Shown here piece by piece: positions 10,565 through 19,836 of a stretch of DNA of 64,000 nt. A program made the position numbers and the translations under genes. Every line of letters begins with the position of its first letter. The first letter of the stretch is position 1. The notes below the pieces were generated by a model. That model had not been told where the DNA came from and did no database searches. It saw only the letters and a list, made by a program, of their open reading frames with translations. Origin of the DNA: Candidatus Eiseniibacteriota bacterium (GTDB taxonomy: Bacteria; Joyebacterota; Joyebacteria; Joyebacterales; Joyebacteraceae); assembly GCA_043819135.1 (NCBI GenBank), contig JBDRFG010000106.1, positions 809-64,808 on the forward strand, written 5' to 3'.

Positions 10565-13244
10565 CGGCATGTCGTCCAACGAGATCAGGCGCCGGTTCAT
10601 CGAGTACTTCATCGAGCGCGGACACGAGAAGGTAGAGAGCGCTCCGCTGATACCGCGCGACGACCCGACGCTTCTCTTCACGTCGGCGGGCATGGTGCCG
10701 TTCAAGCCGTACTACATGAACGATAACCCTCCGATCACACGCGCGGTTTCCGTTCAGAGATGCCTGCGCCTCTCCGACCTTGACGAGGTGGGGAAGACTC
10801 CCTATCACGCGACCTTCTTCGAGATGCTCGGCAACTTCTCCTTCGGCGATTACTTCAAAGAAGAGACGATCGAGTGGGGATGGGAGTTCCTGACGGAGGT
10901 CATCGGGTTGCCGAAGGACCGCCTGTGGGTCACCGTCCACAAGGACGACGCTGCGGCGGCCGACATCTGGCGGACGCGGATCAAGTTTCCCTCCGAGCGC
11001 CTTGTGGCGTTGGGTGACAAGCACAACTTCTGGGGGCCGGCGGGCGACTCGGGCCCCTGCGGGCCGTGCTCTGAGATCCATCTGGACATGGGCGCCGAGG
11101 CCGGTTGCGGAAACCCCGGCTGCGACCCCGGCTGCGAGTGCGACCGCTTCTTCGAGATATGGAACCTGGTCTTCCCGCAGTTCCTGCAGCGTGCGGATGG
11201 CACGCGCGAGCCGCTCAAGCGCCCCGGCATCGATACGGGCATGGGGTTCGAGCGTCTTGCCAGCGTCGTGCAGGGAGCCGCGAGCATTCACGAGACCGAC
11301 ACGGGCCTGCCCGTCCTGGCGGCAGTGAGGGACGACGCCGAGGCGGCAAGCGGAACGCGGCCACCCGAGGGGCGGCCCGGCCCGGATCTGGTCGTCATAG
11401 CCGATCACGCCCGGGCGGCGACGTTCGCGATCGCCGAGAACATCCTGCCGTCGAACGAGGCGCAGGGCTACATCGTGCGCCGCCTGATCCGCAGGGCGGT
11501 GCACCGCGGTCTCTCGCTCGGCATCGTCGAACCGTTCCTCTACCGCATCAGCGGAGTGATCGTTGACGCGCTCGGAGAGGCGCATCCGCATCTCGTCCAG
11601 AAGCGCGAGCATGTCGCGCTCGTGGTCAAGTCGGAGGAGGAGCGTTTTCACGAGACCCTGACGCGGGGGAGCGCCGTGTTCGAGGAGATGCTCGAGTCCC
11701 TCGCCGGGAGCGACTCGAAGGTCGTTCCCGGGGACGTCGCCTTCAGCCTCTATGACACATACGGATTCCCGCTCGATATCGCTGAAGAGATGGCCGCCGA
11801 GCGCGGCATGATCGTGGACCGCGAGGCCTTCCAGGCAGCAATGGCGGAGCAGAAGGACCGCGGCAGGCGGGCCTCGACGTTCGGCGACCCCGGCGATGCA
11901 GGCACGTGGGAAGGGAAGCGCGCCGCCACCGCGTTCGTAGGCTACGAACTCCCGTGTGCGTGCGGGGAGGGAGCGGAGTGCGAAACGGTCGATACGCTGC
12001 TGTCCGGCCCCGTAGCCACCGAGGTGGCGGAAGTCAGGCGCGCGCGTGAGAACACGCTCGAGTTCACGCTGACCGAGAGTCCTTTCTACGCGGAGTCTGG
12101 CGGACAGGTGGCCGACTCCGGCACGCTGACCGTGGGCGGCGCCACCGTGGAGGTGGTGAACGTGCTGACGCGCGACGAGCGCTACGTGCACGTCGGGACC
12201 GATCCCGGCGGGGCGATCACTCCCGGAGCGCCCGCGGAGGCGCGCGTCGACGTCGCGAGAAGACGCCTCATCGAGAAGAACCACACGGCCACTCATCTGC
12301 TCCAGGCCGCTCTGAGGAACGCGCTGGGTGACCACGTCCACCAGTCCGGGTCGTGGGTGGGTCCGGACAGGTTGCGATTCGACTTCACACACTTCTCCGA
12401 GCTGTCGGCCAGGGAGATCGCGGCTATCGAGGACAGGGTGAACGCCTGGGTCCGCGCCGACGTCCCTGTCGCGCCCGAGAGCATGGGGCTCGAAGCGGCG
12501 CTCGAGCGCGGTGCGACGGCGCTCTTCGGCGAGAAGTACGGCTCCGAGGTCCGGGTCGTCTGTGTCGGTTGCGGCGAGTCGAAGGTGAGCCTGGAACTCT
12601 GCGGCGGCACTCATGTCGAGAGAACGGGCGAGATCGGATCCTTCGCGGTGGTCAGCGAATCGGGCGTGGCCGCCGGCGTCAGGAGGATCGAGGCCGTGAC
12701 GGGCAGAACGGCGGTGGCGCGAGCCCGCCACAACGCGGAGCTTGTCAGAGAGCTCACCGATGTCCTCAAGGTCGCCCCGGGCGAAGCGCTCGACAGGGCG
12801 AGGGAACTCACCGCCGAAACATCGAAGCTCCGAAAGGAAGTCGAGCGGGAGCGGCAGAAGATCGCGGGCGGGTCAGTGGACTCGCTGCTCGACGGTGCAC
12901 GCGAGGTAGCGGGTATCCGACTTCTGGCCGCGCGAACCGACGCGCCGGACATCAAGACCCTCCGCGGCCAGGCCGACCGACTGCGCGACAGGCTGGGTAG
13001 CGGGGCGGGACTTCTGGCGGCCGTTACGGAGGGCGGTGTCATTGTCATAGCGGTCGTCACGGAAGATCTGGTCAAGAAGGGTACCCTCAGCGCGGGAGAC
13101 CTCGTCCACGAGGTGGCGGGAGTTCTGGGGGGACGCGGTGGAGGCAAACCGCAACTTGCCCAGGGCGGCGGCGGAGACCCGGCCAGGCTTGAGCAGGCGC
13201 TCGAGGAATTCTATGAGGTGGCCCGCCGTGCCATCGAGAGCTGA
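10557..13244 (+). CDS. alaS: alanine--tRNA ligase
   Basis: MSSNEIRRRFIEYFIERGHEKVESAPLIP...FTSAGMVPFKPYY is the class II aaRS catalytic domain. It is followed by the editing domain (HTATHLLQ...C.GTH) and a C-terminal DHHA1 domain. Confidence 0.95.
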   Translation: MPDGMSSNEIRRRFIEYFIERGHEKVESAPLIPRDDPTLLFTSAGMVPFKPYYMNDNPPITRAVSVQRCLRLSDLDEVGKTPYHATFFEMLGNFSFGDYFKEETIEWGWEFLTEVIGLPKDRLWVTVHKDDAAAADIWRTRIKFPSERLVALGDKHNFWGPAGDSGPCGPCSEIHLDMGAEAGCGNPGCDPGCECDRFFEIWNLVFPQFLQRADGTREPLKRPGIDTGMGFERLASVVQGAASIHETDTGLPVLAAVRDDAEAASGTRPPEGRPGPDLVVIADHARAATFAIAENILPSNEAQGYIVRRLIRRAVHRGLSLGIVEPFLYRISGVIVDALGEAHPHLVQKREHVALVVKSEEERFHETLTRGSAVFEEMLESLAGSDSKVVPGDVAFSLYDTYGFPLDIAEEMAAERGMIVDREAFQAAMAEQKDRGRRASTFGDPGDAGTWEGKRAATAFVGYELPCACGEGAECETVDTLLSGPVATEVAEVRRARENTLEFTLTESPFYAESGGQVADSGTLTVGGATVEVVNVLTRDERYVHVGTDPGGAITPGAPAEARVDVARRRLIEKNHTATHLLQAALRNALGDHVHQSGSWVGPDRLRFDFTHFSELSAREIAAIEDRVNAWVRADVPVAPESMGLEAALERGATALFGEKYGSEVRVVCVGCGESKVSLELCGGTHVERTGEIGSFAVVSESGVAAGVRRIEAVTGRTAVARARHNAELVRELTDVLKVAPGEALDRARELTAETSKLRKEVERERQKIAGGSVDSLLDGAREVAGIRLLAARTDAPDIKTLRGQADRLRDRLGSGAGLLAAVTEGGVIVIAVVTEDLVKKGTLSAGDLVHEVAGVLGGRGGGKPQLAQGGGGDPARLEQALEEFYEVARRAIES

Positions 13245-13288
13245 GGGTTCGTTGCCCGGATGCTGACGCGCGTGACCGAGGGGAGCGC

Positions 13289-14053
13289 ATGAGGGAGACT
13301 GGAAGAACGCTCGCCTGGCTGGAGGGTGAGATACGCGCCCGGGGCGCCCTGTACCTGGTGCTCCTGGACCCCGACAGGTTCGATCCCTCCGAGAACGCGA
13401 AGCTCGCGGCGCTCGCGGTGGGGGCCGGAGCCGACGCGCTCCTGGTCGGAGGCAGCCTGTCCCTGAAGGGAGGCTGCGACAGAACAGTGCGCGCGATCAA
13501 GGGGGCGGTCGACGTTCCTGTCATCCTCTTCCCGGGCGACATCGGCTTCGTTACCGAAGAGGCCGATGCGATACTGTTCCTGTCGCTGGTGAGCGGGCGC
13601 AACCCGCAGTTCCTCATAGGGGAGCACGTGCGCGCCGCACCCGTTCTGAAAGAGGCGGGGCTCGAGCCGATACCGACGGCCTACATGCTGGTCGAGGGCG
13701 GAGCCACGACATCCGTCGAGTTCATGAGCTCGACGAAGCCCATCCCTCGGGACAAGCCCGACATAGCCATGGCGCACGCGCTTGCGGCTCAGTATCTGGG
13801 CATGAGGCTGGCCTTCTTCGACGCGGGTAGCGGCGCAGCACAGCACGTTCCCGAGGAAATGGTCCGCATGGTCTCCCGCTACGTCGACCTGCCGGTCATG
13901 GTCGGGGGGGGGATCCGCGAGCCTGCCGCGGCTGGTCGGCTGGTGGAAGCCGGCGCCAGCGTCATCATCACCGGTGACGTAGTTGAGAAGACGGGAGACG
14001 CGGGTCTCATGAAGGCGCTCGCCGAGGCCGTGCACGAGCCGCGCAGTTCGTGA
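13289..14053 (+). CDS. pcrB: geranylgeranylglyceryl/heptaprenylglyceryl phosphate synthase (PcrB/GGGPS family TIM barrel)
   Basis: The protein is about 250 aa. LVLLDPDRF...ADALLVGGS...FFDAGSG...MVGGGIRE align along the whole length with B. subtilis PcrB (FKLDPNK...IIGGS...YLEYSG...YGGGI). Confidence 0.8.
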   Translation: MRETGRTLAWLEGEIRARGALYLVLLDPDRFDPSENAKLAALAVGAGADALLVGGSLSLKGGCDRTVRAIKGAVDVPVILFPGDIGFVTEEADAILFLSLVSGRNPQFLIGEHVRAAPVLKEAGLEPIPTAYMLVEGGATTSVEFMSSTKPIPRDKPDIAMAHALAAQYLGMRLAFFDAGSGAAQHVPEEMVRMVSRYVDLPVMVGGGIREPAAAGRLVEAGASVIITGDVVEKTGDAGLMKALAEAVHEPRSS

Positions 14054-14166
14054 GCGCCCAGGCGCGCGACGCGGCGCCCCGGAGTCGCTGAGGAGGCCGC
14101 CCGGTTCTGCGGCGGAGATCGTGCGGGGGCGTCGAGCTTCCGCTTCACGGAACACTCGAAAGGCAG

Positions 14167-15240
14167 GTGGTCCGCATCAAGGCTCTCGTCCTTTCAGGCG
14201 GCAAGGGTACGCGGCTCAGACCGATCACGCACACGAGCGCGAAGCAACTGGTCCCCATCGCGAACAAACCCATCCTGTTCTACGGACTGGAGGCGATCCG
14301 TAACGCGGGGATCGTCGACGTCGGGATCGTCGTGGGCGAGACGGCGAAGGAGATAGAGGCCGCCGTCGGCGACGGCTCCTCCTTCGGCCTCAAGGTCACA
14401 TACATTCTTCAGAATGAGCCCCTCGGTCTGGCCCACGCGGTCAAGATATCGAGCGACTACATCGGCAAGGAACCGTTCGTGATGTACCTCGGCGACAATC
14501 TTATCATGGGCGGCATCACCGATTTCGTCTCCGAGTTCCAGAGGCACAAGCCCAACGCACAGATCCTCCTGGCCCGCGTAGACAACCCGAGCGAGTTCGG
14601 CGTGGCCGAGTTGTCGGGCGGGAGGGTGGAACGGCTCCAGGAGAAACCCGAGAACCCACGCTCGAATCTCGCTCTTGTAGGCGTCTACATGTTCGACGCG
14701 GAGATCTTCGGAGCGGTGAACGACATCAAGCCGTCGGCGCGGAACGAACTCGAGATCACTGACGCCATCCAGAGGCTGATAGACACGGGCAGGGAGGTCC
14801 GGGCGCACGAGGTCACGGGCTGGTGGAAGGACACGGGGAAGCTGGAGGACATACTCGAGGCCAACCGGATGATACTCGAGACCATCAAGCGGGACATCGC
14901 GGGCAGCGTGGACAGCGGCTCGCGCATAGACGGGAACGTGGTGGTCGCGGAAGGGGCTGAGATCCACGGCAGCGTCCTTCGCGGTCCGCTGGTCATAGGA
15001 CGAGGCTGCAGGATCGTCAAGTCGTACATCGGACCGTTCACCTCCATCTATCACGACGTGACGGTCCAGAATTCCGAGATCGAGCACAGCATCATCCTCG
15101 AGAACTCGAGCATCTCCAATCTCGGCAGCAGGATGGAGAGGAGCCTTATCGGCAAGGACGTGGAGATCACGAAGAGCGGCACGATGCCGAAGGCCTTCCG
15201 CTTCATGGTGGGAGACGCCAGCAGGATCGAGGTGCCCTAG
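14167..15240 (+). CDS. rmlA: glucose-1-phosphate thymidylyltransferase, long form with C-terminal left-handed beta-helix
   Basis: LVLSGGKGTRLRPITHTSAKQLVPIANKPILFYGLE is the nucleotidyltransferase signature. The protein is about 357 aa, with an LbH C-terminal extension as in the actinobacterial/archaeal long RmlA. Confidence 0.8.
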   Translation: MVRIKALVLSGGKGTRLRPITHTSAKQLVPIANKPILFYGLEAIRNAGIVDVGIVVGETAKEIEAAVGDGSSFGLKVTYILQNEPLGLAHAVKISSDYIGKEPFVMYLGDNLIMGGITDFVSEFQRHKPNAQILLARVDNPSEFGVAELSGGRVERLQEKPENPRSNLALVGVYMFDAEIFGAVNDIKPSARNELEITDAIQRLIDTGREVRAHEVTGWWKDTGKLEDILEANRMILETIKRDIAGSVDSGSRIDGNVVVAEGAEIHGSVLRGPLVIGRGCRIVKSYIGPFTSIYHDVTVQNSEIEHSIILENSSISNLGSRMERSLIGKDVEITKSGTMPKAFRFMVGDASRIEVP

Positions 15241-16115
15241 TGGGAAGCGACACCCCGGGAACCGGACGCGGGACGGAGAGGGTCCTGGTCACGGGCTCAG
15301 CCGGCATGCTGGGGACGGAACTGGTTCCGCTGCTCAGGGGCGAGTTCGAGGTTACCGCGGCGGACCTAGACGACTTCGACCTGCGGGACGGTGCGGCGAC
15401 CGACGCGTTCGTGTCGCGGGTGGCGCCAGATCTCATCATCAACTGCGCCGCCTATACTGATGTCGACGGCGCCGAAGCCGATCCCGCCGCCGCGTTCGAC
15501 GTCAACGCCGGCGGTGCGGGGAACGTCGCGGCGGCCGGTGAGCGGGCCGGAGCGCGAGTCGTCCAGATCAGCACCGACTACGTCTTCGACGGCACGGGCA
15601 GGAGGCCCTACAGGGAAGAGGACGAACCGAGCCCGCTGGGAGCGTACGGACGCTCGAAGCACGAGGGCGAGCGCCGGGTCATCGAGTGCTCTTCCGACCC
15701 TCTGATAGTCCGTACGGCGTGGCTCTACGGACACGCGGGGCCGAACTTCGTCGAGAAGGTGCTGTCTCTGGCGACCTCCGGACGGGCGCTGAGGGTGGTC
15801 AACGACCAGGTCGGGGCTCCGACCAACGTCCGCGACCTCGCCTGGGCGATCCGGGAACTGATTGCGGCGGAGGCCACCGGTGTGGTAAACGCTACGAATG
15901 CGGGTTCGTGCTCGTGGTTCGACTTCGCTCGCGAGATACTGGACCGCGCCGGACACACCGGCGTCCCGATAGAGCCCGTGACCAGCGACGAGTTCCCGAG
16001 GCCCGCGCCTCGGCCGGGCTATTCGGTCCTGTCTCTCGCGAAGCTCGTGTCGCTCACTGGCAGGGAACCGAGGAACTGGCGGGACGCTCTGGCCGAGTAC
16101 ATCGCCGAAAGGTAG
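15240..16115 (+). CDS. rmlD: dTDP-4-dehydrorhamnose reductase
   Basis: The Rossmann motif VLVTGSAGMLG, the motif NCAAYTDVDGAE and the catalytic YGRSK are present. The GTG start overlaps the rmlA TAG stop by 1 nt. Confidence 0.8.
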   Translation: MGSDTPGTGRGTERVLVTGSAGMLGTELVPLLRGEFEVTAADLDDFDLRDGAATDAFVSRVAPDLIINCAAYTDVDGAEADPAAAFDVNAGGAGNVAAAGERAGARVVQISTDYVFDGTGRRPYREEDEPSPLGAYGRSKHEGERRVIECSSDPLIVRTAWLYGHAGPNFVEKVLSLATSGRALRVVNDQVGAPTNVRDLAWAIRELIAAEATGVVNATNAGSCSWFDFAREILDRAGHTGVPIEPVTSDEFPRPAPRPGYSVLSLAKLVSLTGREPRNWRDALAEYIAER

Positions 16116-16120
16116 GCTCA

Positions 16121-16714
16121 ATGGAACGACATGCTGAGACGGGCGTCGACCGCGCGAGGGCGGTCTTCACGGAGTCCTCGAGGATGCACGCGCTCGCGGC
16201 CGAGTCTCTGTCCGAGGCGGTTGCCGAGGCGGCCGCTGCGGTCACCGAAGCTCTCAGGGCCGGCAACAAGGTGCTTCTCTGCGGCAACGGGGGGAGCGCC
16301 GCAGACGCGCAGCATGTTGCGGCCGAGCTGGCGGGTAGACTGCGCCTGGAGCGTGGCGGCCTGCCTGCGATCGCGCTCACGGTGAACACCTCGGTCATGA
16401 CCGCTCTGGCGAACGACTACGGATACGACATGGTATTCGCAAGACAGGTGGAGGCACTGGGGTGCAGGGGAGACGTGCTGGTCGGCATCTCGACGAGCGG
16501 CAGGTCCCCCAATGTCGTAAGAGCTCTCGAGGCGGCGCGTGCCGGCGGTGTTGTCACGGTGGGGCTCGTCGGGTGCGACGCGGGGGAGATGGGGGGGCTG
16601 TGCGACTACCTGATCGCAGTCCCCACCGAGGACACACAGCGCATTCAGGAGATACACATCGCGGCCGGGCACGCGATATGCGAGATCGTGGAGTCCGCGC
16701 TGTTCGGTCAGTAG
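16121..16714 (+). CDS. gmhA: phosphoheptose (sedoheptulose-7-phosphate) isomerase, SIS domain
   Basis: LLCGNGGSAADAQHVAAELAGR...GDVLVGISTSGRSPNV matches GmhA. The ATG at 16121 lies 5 nt after the rmlD stop. The longer track ORF starting at 15686 overlaps rmlD and is rejected. Confidence 0.8.
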   Translation: MERHAETGVDRARAVFTESSRMHALAAESLSEAVAEAAAAVTEALRAGNKVLLCGNGGSAADAQHVAAELAGRLRLERGGLPAIALTVNTSVMTALANDYGYDMVFARQVEALGCRGDVLVGISTSGRSPNVVRALEAARAGGVVTVGLVGCDAGEMGGLCDYLIAVPTEDTQRIQEIHIAAGHAICEIVESALFGQ

Positions 16715-16736
16715 CCTCGGGGGAGAGGGAGAGCGA

Positions 16737-17357
16737 GTGGATCCCATAATCATCGGCATCGGAGGGGGAACCGGGTCGGGGAAAACGACCGTCGCCAAGC
16801 AGGTGCGGAAGCATTTCCCGGAGGAGAGCGTCGTCATCGTCCATCACGACTCCTACTACGTGGACCGCAGCGACCTTTCGCCCGCGAGCCGCGAGAACAT
16901 CAACTACGACCATCCGGATTCGTTCGACAATGAGCTCCTTCTGGCGCAGCTGAACGACCTGAGAGGCGGCAAGGCCGTCGATAAGCCGATATACGACTTC
17001 GAGACGCACACCAGACGGAAGGAGACCATCACCGTCCGTCCGGCTCGGATAATACTGCTCGAGGGCATTCTGGTGCTGGCCGAGGACGTACTCAGGGAGA
17101 CCATGGACATCAAGCTCTACGTCGACACGGATGCCGACGAGCGCTTCATTCGCCGATTGAGGCGCGACATCTCGGACCGAGGCAGAACAGTCGACCAGGT
17201 CATCGAACAGTACCTAAAGACCGTCCGGCCGATGCACCTGCAGTTCGTTGAGACCAGCAAACGGTACGCGGACGTGATAATCCCCGAGGGTGGGCTGAAC
17301 GTCGTGGCGGTCGACCTGATCGTTACAAAAATACGCGACATTCTCTCAGCTCACTAG
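16737..17357 (+). CDS. udk: uridine kinase
   Basis: The P-loop is IGIGGGTGSGKTT. The udk-type HHDSYY and DFETHTR motifs are present. Confidence 0.85.
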   Translation: MDPIIIGIGGGTGSGKTTVAKQVRKHFPEESVVIVHHDSYYVDRSDLSPASRENINYDHPDSFDNELLLAQLNDLRGGKAVDKPIYDFETHTRRKETITVRPARIILLEGILVLAEDVLRETMDIKLYVDTDADERFIRRLRRDISDRGRTVDQVIEQYLKTVRPMHLQFVETSKRYADVIIPEGGLNVVAVDLIVTKIRDILSAH

Positions 17358-17400
17358 CGGCAGCGGTCGTCGCCGTGGACGCACAGAAAGGGACACGCTT

Positions 17401-18291
17401 ATGATGGTGCGACACCTCTTCAGGATCCTCCGGCCGGACCAGTGGACGAAGAACCTCGTGCTCTTTGCGGGGCTTATGTTCGCGGGTGGTATGGGGACGC
17501 GGACGCTCGTCCTTCACGCGACCGCGGGCTTCCTTGCGTTCTGCGCCCTGTCCGGCGCCACCTACATATTCAACGACCTGATGGACGTACGTCGGGACCG
17601 TGAGCACCCAGTCAAGAAGCTGCGACCGCTGGCGTCGGGCGACCTGCCGATCGGAGTCGCTTCGGTCGCCGCGGTCGTTCTGGCGGTGCTCGCGCTCGTG
17701 TGGGCCTACGGTCTCCATCCGAACTTCGGGCTGGTTGCCACCGGCTACCTGGCTCTCAACGTCCTCTACAGCGTCGCCCTCAGGAAGATGGTCGTTCTGG
17801 ACGTCATGGCGATCGCGATCGGCTTCGTGCTCAGAGCGGTCGGCAGCGTGGAGGTCCTCAAGGGGCCTGCGCCCGACACCGAGCTTTCGCCCTGGCTTCT
17901 GGTCTGCACGTTCTTCCTTGCACTCTTTCTGGGGCTGGGGAAGAGGAGGCACGAGGTGCTGGTGCTCGGCGCCGACGGCGGGAAGCACCGTCCCGTGCTG
18001 AAGCACTACCCGCCGCCACTCATAGACGCCCTCTTCGGCGTCGTGACAGCGTCGACGGTCGTCTCGTACGCCATCTACACCATCTGGCCGGGAACCGTCG
18101 AGAAGGTGGGAGGCACGGGGCTCGTCTACACGATACCTTTCGTGGTGTACGGCGTTTTTCGATACCTCTACCTGATGTTCGCGGCGGGCGAGGGAGGGCA
18201 GCCGTCGCGCTCTCTCCTGTCTGACCTTCCACTCGCGCTGAACATCGTCCTGTGGGTCCTCGTGGTGGCGTTCGTCATCTACGCGAGGTGA
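17401..18291 (+). CDS. UbiA-family polyprenyl-phosphate transferase (DPPR-synthase-like or DGGGP-synthase-like)
   Basis: The protein has 8-9 TM helices and the first Asp-rich motif NDLMDVRRDREHPVKKLRPLASG. That motif is very close to the M. tuberculosis Rv3806c family (NDxxDxxADREHPxKRxRPxAxG). Confidence 0.65.
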   Translation: MMVRHLFRILRPDQWTKNLVLFAGLMFAGGMGTRTLVLHATAGFLAFCALSGATYIFNDLMDVRRDREHPVKKLRPLASGDLPIGVASVAAVVLAVLALVWAYGLHPNFGLVATGYLALNVLYSVALRKMVVLDVMAIAIGFVLRAVGSVEVLKGPAPDTELSPWLLVCTFFLALFLGLGKRRHEVLVLGADGGKHRPVLKHYPPPLIDALFGVVTASTVVSYAIYTIWPGTVEKVGGTGLVYTIPFVVYGVFRYLYLMFAAGEGGQPSRSLLSDLPLALNIVLWVLVVAFVIYAR

Positions 18292-18391
18292 GAACTGGGA
18301 ATCCGCGCCCGAGCGCCGCGTTCGCGCTCCGTCGGCGGGTCTCGCGTGGAAGCTGCCGTTCCGTCGACGGCAGCGTTTTCTTGGGAGGGCA

Positions 18392-19291
18392 GTGCAACTG
18401 CACCGCGTCAGCGTAGAAGCGTTCGCCAAGATCAACCTCGGATTGGCCGTGACGGGCGTGAGACCGGACGGCTATCACGACATCGAGACGGTGTACCAGA
18501 GCGTGTCTCTCTGCGACACGGTTGTTCTCGGTCCTCTGGAAGGTCCTCATCGAGTGTCTCTGACCGTCCACGGATCGTCTCTCCCCGACGGCCCGGACAA
18601 TCTGGCGTGGAGGGCCGCCGAAGCCGCCCGCGCCACCTTCGGGTGCGGGGGGGTCTCGATCGAGCTGACGAAGCGGATCCCGGTCGCAGCAGGTTTGGGT
18701 GGCGGGAGCGCCGACGCTGCAGCTGTCCTGGTGGGCATGGACGCCCTGTTCGACCTCAGAGCACCGGCGGACGCCCTGTTGGACCTGGCGGCCTCCATCG
18801 GCTCCGACGTGCCCTTCATGCTGTCCGGGGGCACGGCGCTGGGGACCGGAAGGGGAGAGAAGCTCGAGCGGCTGCCCGCCCTCGTCGGCGTCTGGTTTGT
18901 CCTCGCCGCCCCGCGCTTCGGGGTTTCGGCGGGCGAGGCCTACGGAATCCCGAGAATCGGGTTGACAGAGGCCGCTAGCTTCACTAGAGTAAACTGTTTA
19001 GCTGTCCGGGAAGGCGACATTCCGACGCTTGCCAAGGGGCTTCGGAACGACCTGGAAGCTGGTGTTGCGTCTGCCTATCCGGAGGTTGCGCGCGTCAAGG
19101 AGGCGCTGCTGGAACAGGGCGCCCTCGCCGCCGTGATGTCCGGAAGCGGACCGACGGTCGTCGGACTCGTTCCTGACGAAGCGACCGGGAAGGACATGGC
19201 GTCGCGCCTGGCGAGGTGTGACGTGGACATACATGTCGTAGCGCCGATCGACGTAGGCCAGAGCGTGACTCGGGTAGACGACGAGCCCTGA
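18392..19291 (+). CDS. ispE: 4-(cytidine 5'-diphospho)-2-C-methyl-D-erythritol kinase
   Basis: The GHMP kinase motifs KINLGLAV and [15 protein letters not shown] are present. The start codon is GTG. Confidence 0.85.
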   Translation: MQLHRVSVEAFAKINLGLAVTGVRPDGYHDIETVYQSVSLCDTVVLGPLEGPHRVSLTVHGSSLPDGPDNLAWRAAEAARATFGCGGVSIELTKRIPVAAGLGGGSADAAAVLVGMDALFDLRAPADALLDLAASIGSDVPFMLSGGTALGTGRGEKLERLPALVGVWFVLAAPRFGVSAGEAYGIPRIGLTEAASFTRVNCLAVREGDIPTLAKGLRNDLEAGVASAYPEVARVKEALLEQGALAAVMSGSGPTVVGLVPDEATGKDMASRLARCDVDIHVVAPIDVGQSVTRVDDEP

Positions 19292-19365
19292 GGGCAAGTC
19301 TCTTCGGACCGCGCCTGCTCCGAACTCGGTCCAGTCCCTTCATCCAGGCGGAGGGCGGTGAAACG

Positions 19366-19683
19366 ATGGAGATCACCGAGGTCAGGCTGACTTTGCGCCA
19401 CGAGGAGCGCCTGAAGGCGTTTGTCAGCATCACATTCGACAACGCGTTCGTCGTCAGGGGCCTCAAGGTCATTGACGGCAACACGGGTCTTTTCGTCGCG
19501 ATGCCCAGCAGGCGGCGTAAGGACGGGGAGTTCAGAGACATCGCTCACCCGATCAACAACGCGACGCGGCAGATGATAGAGGACGCCGTTCTCGCCGAGT
19601 TTGAGCGTCAGATCGCAATCGGCGGGGACGAGCCTCAAACGGCGGAGCAAGAGCTGGTGCTCGCCGATGAGTTTTGCGACTAG
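19366..19683 (+). CDS. spoVG: septation protein SpoVG
   Basis: [10 protein letters not shown]...[22 protein letters not shown]...FVAMPSRR is highly conserved SpoVG. GGAGGG lies upstream of the start. Confidence 0.9.
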   Translation: MEITEVRLTLRHEERLKAFVSITFDNAFVVRGLKVIDGNTGLFVAMPSRRRKDGEFRDIAHPINNATRQMIEDAVLAEFERQIAIGGDEPQTAEQELVLADEFCD

Positions 19684-19695
19684 AAGCATGGTCGC

Positions 19696-19769
19696 TGGGG
19701 CGTCGTCAAGTGGCAAGACACGGGACTTTGGATCCCGCCTCGGAGGTTCGAATCCTCCCGCCCCAGCCA
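19696..19769 (+). tRNA. tRNA-Gln (anticodon TTG), CCA encoded
   Basis: Hand-folded cloverleaf. Acceptor stem TGGGGCG/CGCCCCA, discriminator G and an encoded CCA. D-stem GTC/GAC. Anticodon stem CGGGA/TCCCG with loop CTTTGGA. T-arm GGAGG-TTCGAAT-CCTCC. The ends resemble E. coli tRNA-Gln (TGGGG...CCCCAGCCA). Confidence 0.85.
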
Positions 19770-19836
19770 GAACTACCGCTGGGGCGGTGCAACTATTTCG
19801 GCGTGACCAACGCGAGGGCCGTCTTGTGGAGGGGAC

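Noticed and set aside
10533-12731. 732-aa ORF on the minus strand, antisense to alaS
   Set aside because: The translation is Arg/Ala/Gly/Pro-rich and low-complexity, as expected from a GC-rich third-position complement. alaS on the + strand is unambiguous. It is a shadow ORF.
15686-16714. Long N-terminal extension of the gmhA reading frame (track ORF starting at 15686) overlapping rmlD
   Set aside because: The upstream 145 codons are a low-complexity, Arg-rich overlap with rmlD. The ATG at 16121, 5 nt after the rmlD stop, gives a full-length SIS-domain GmhA.
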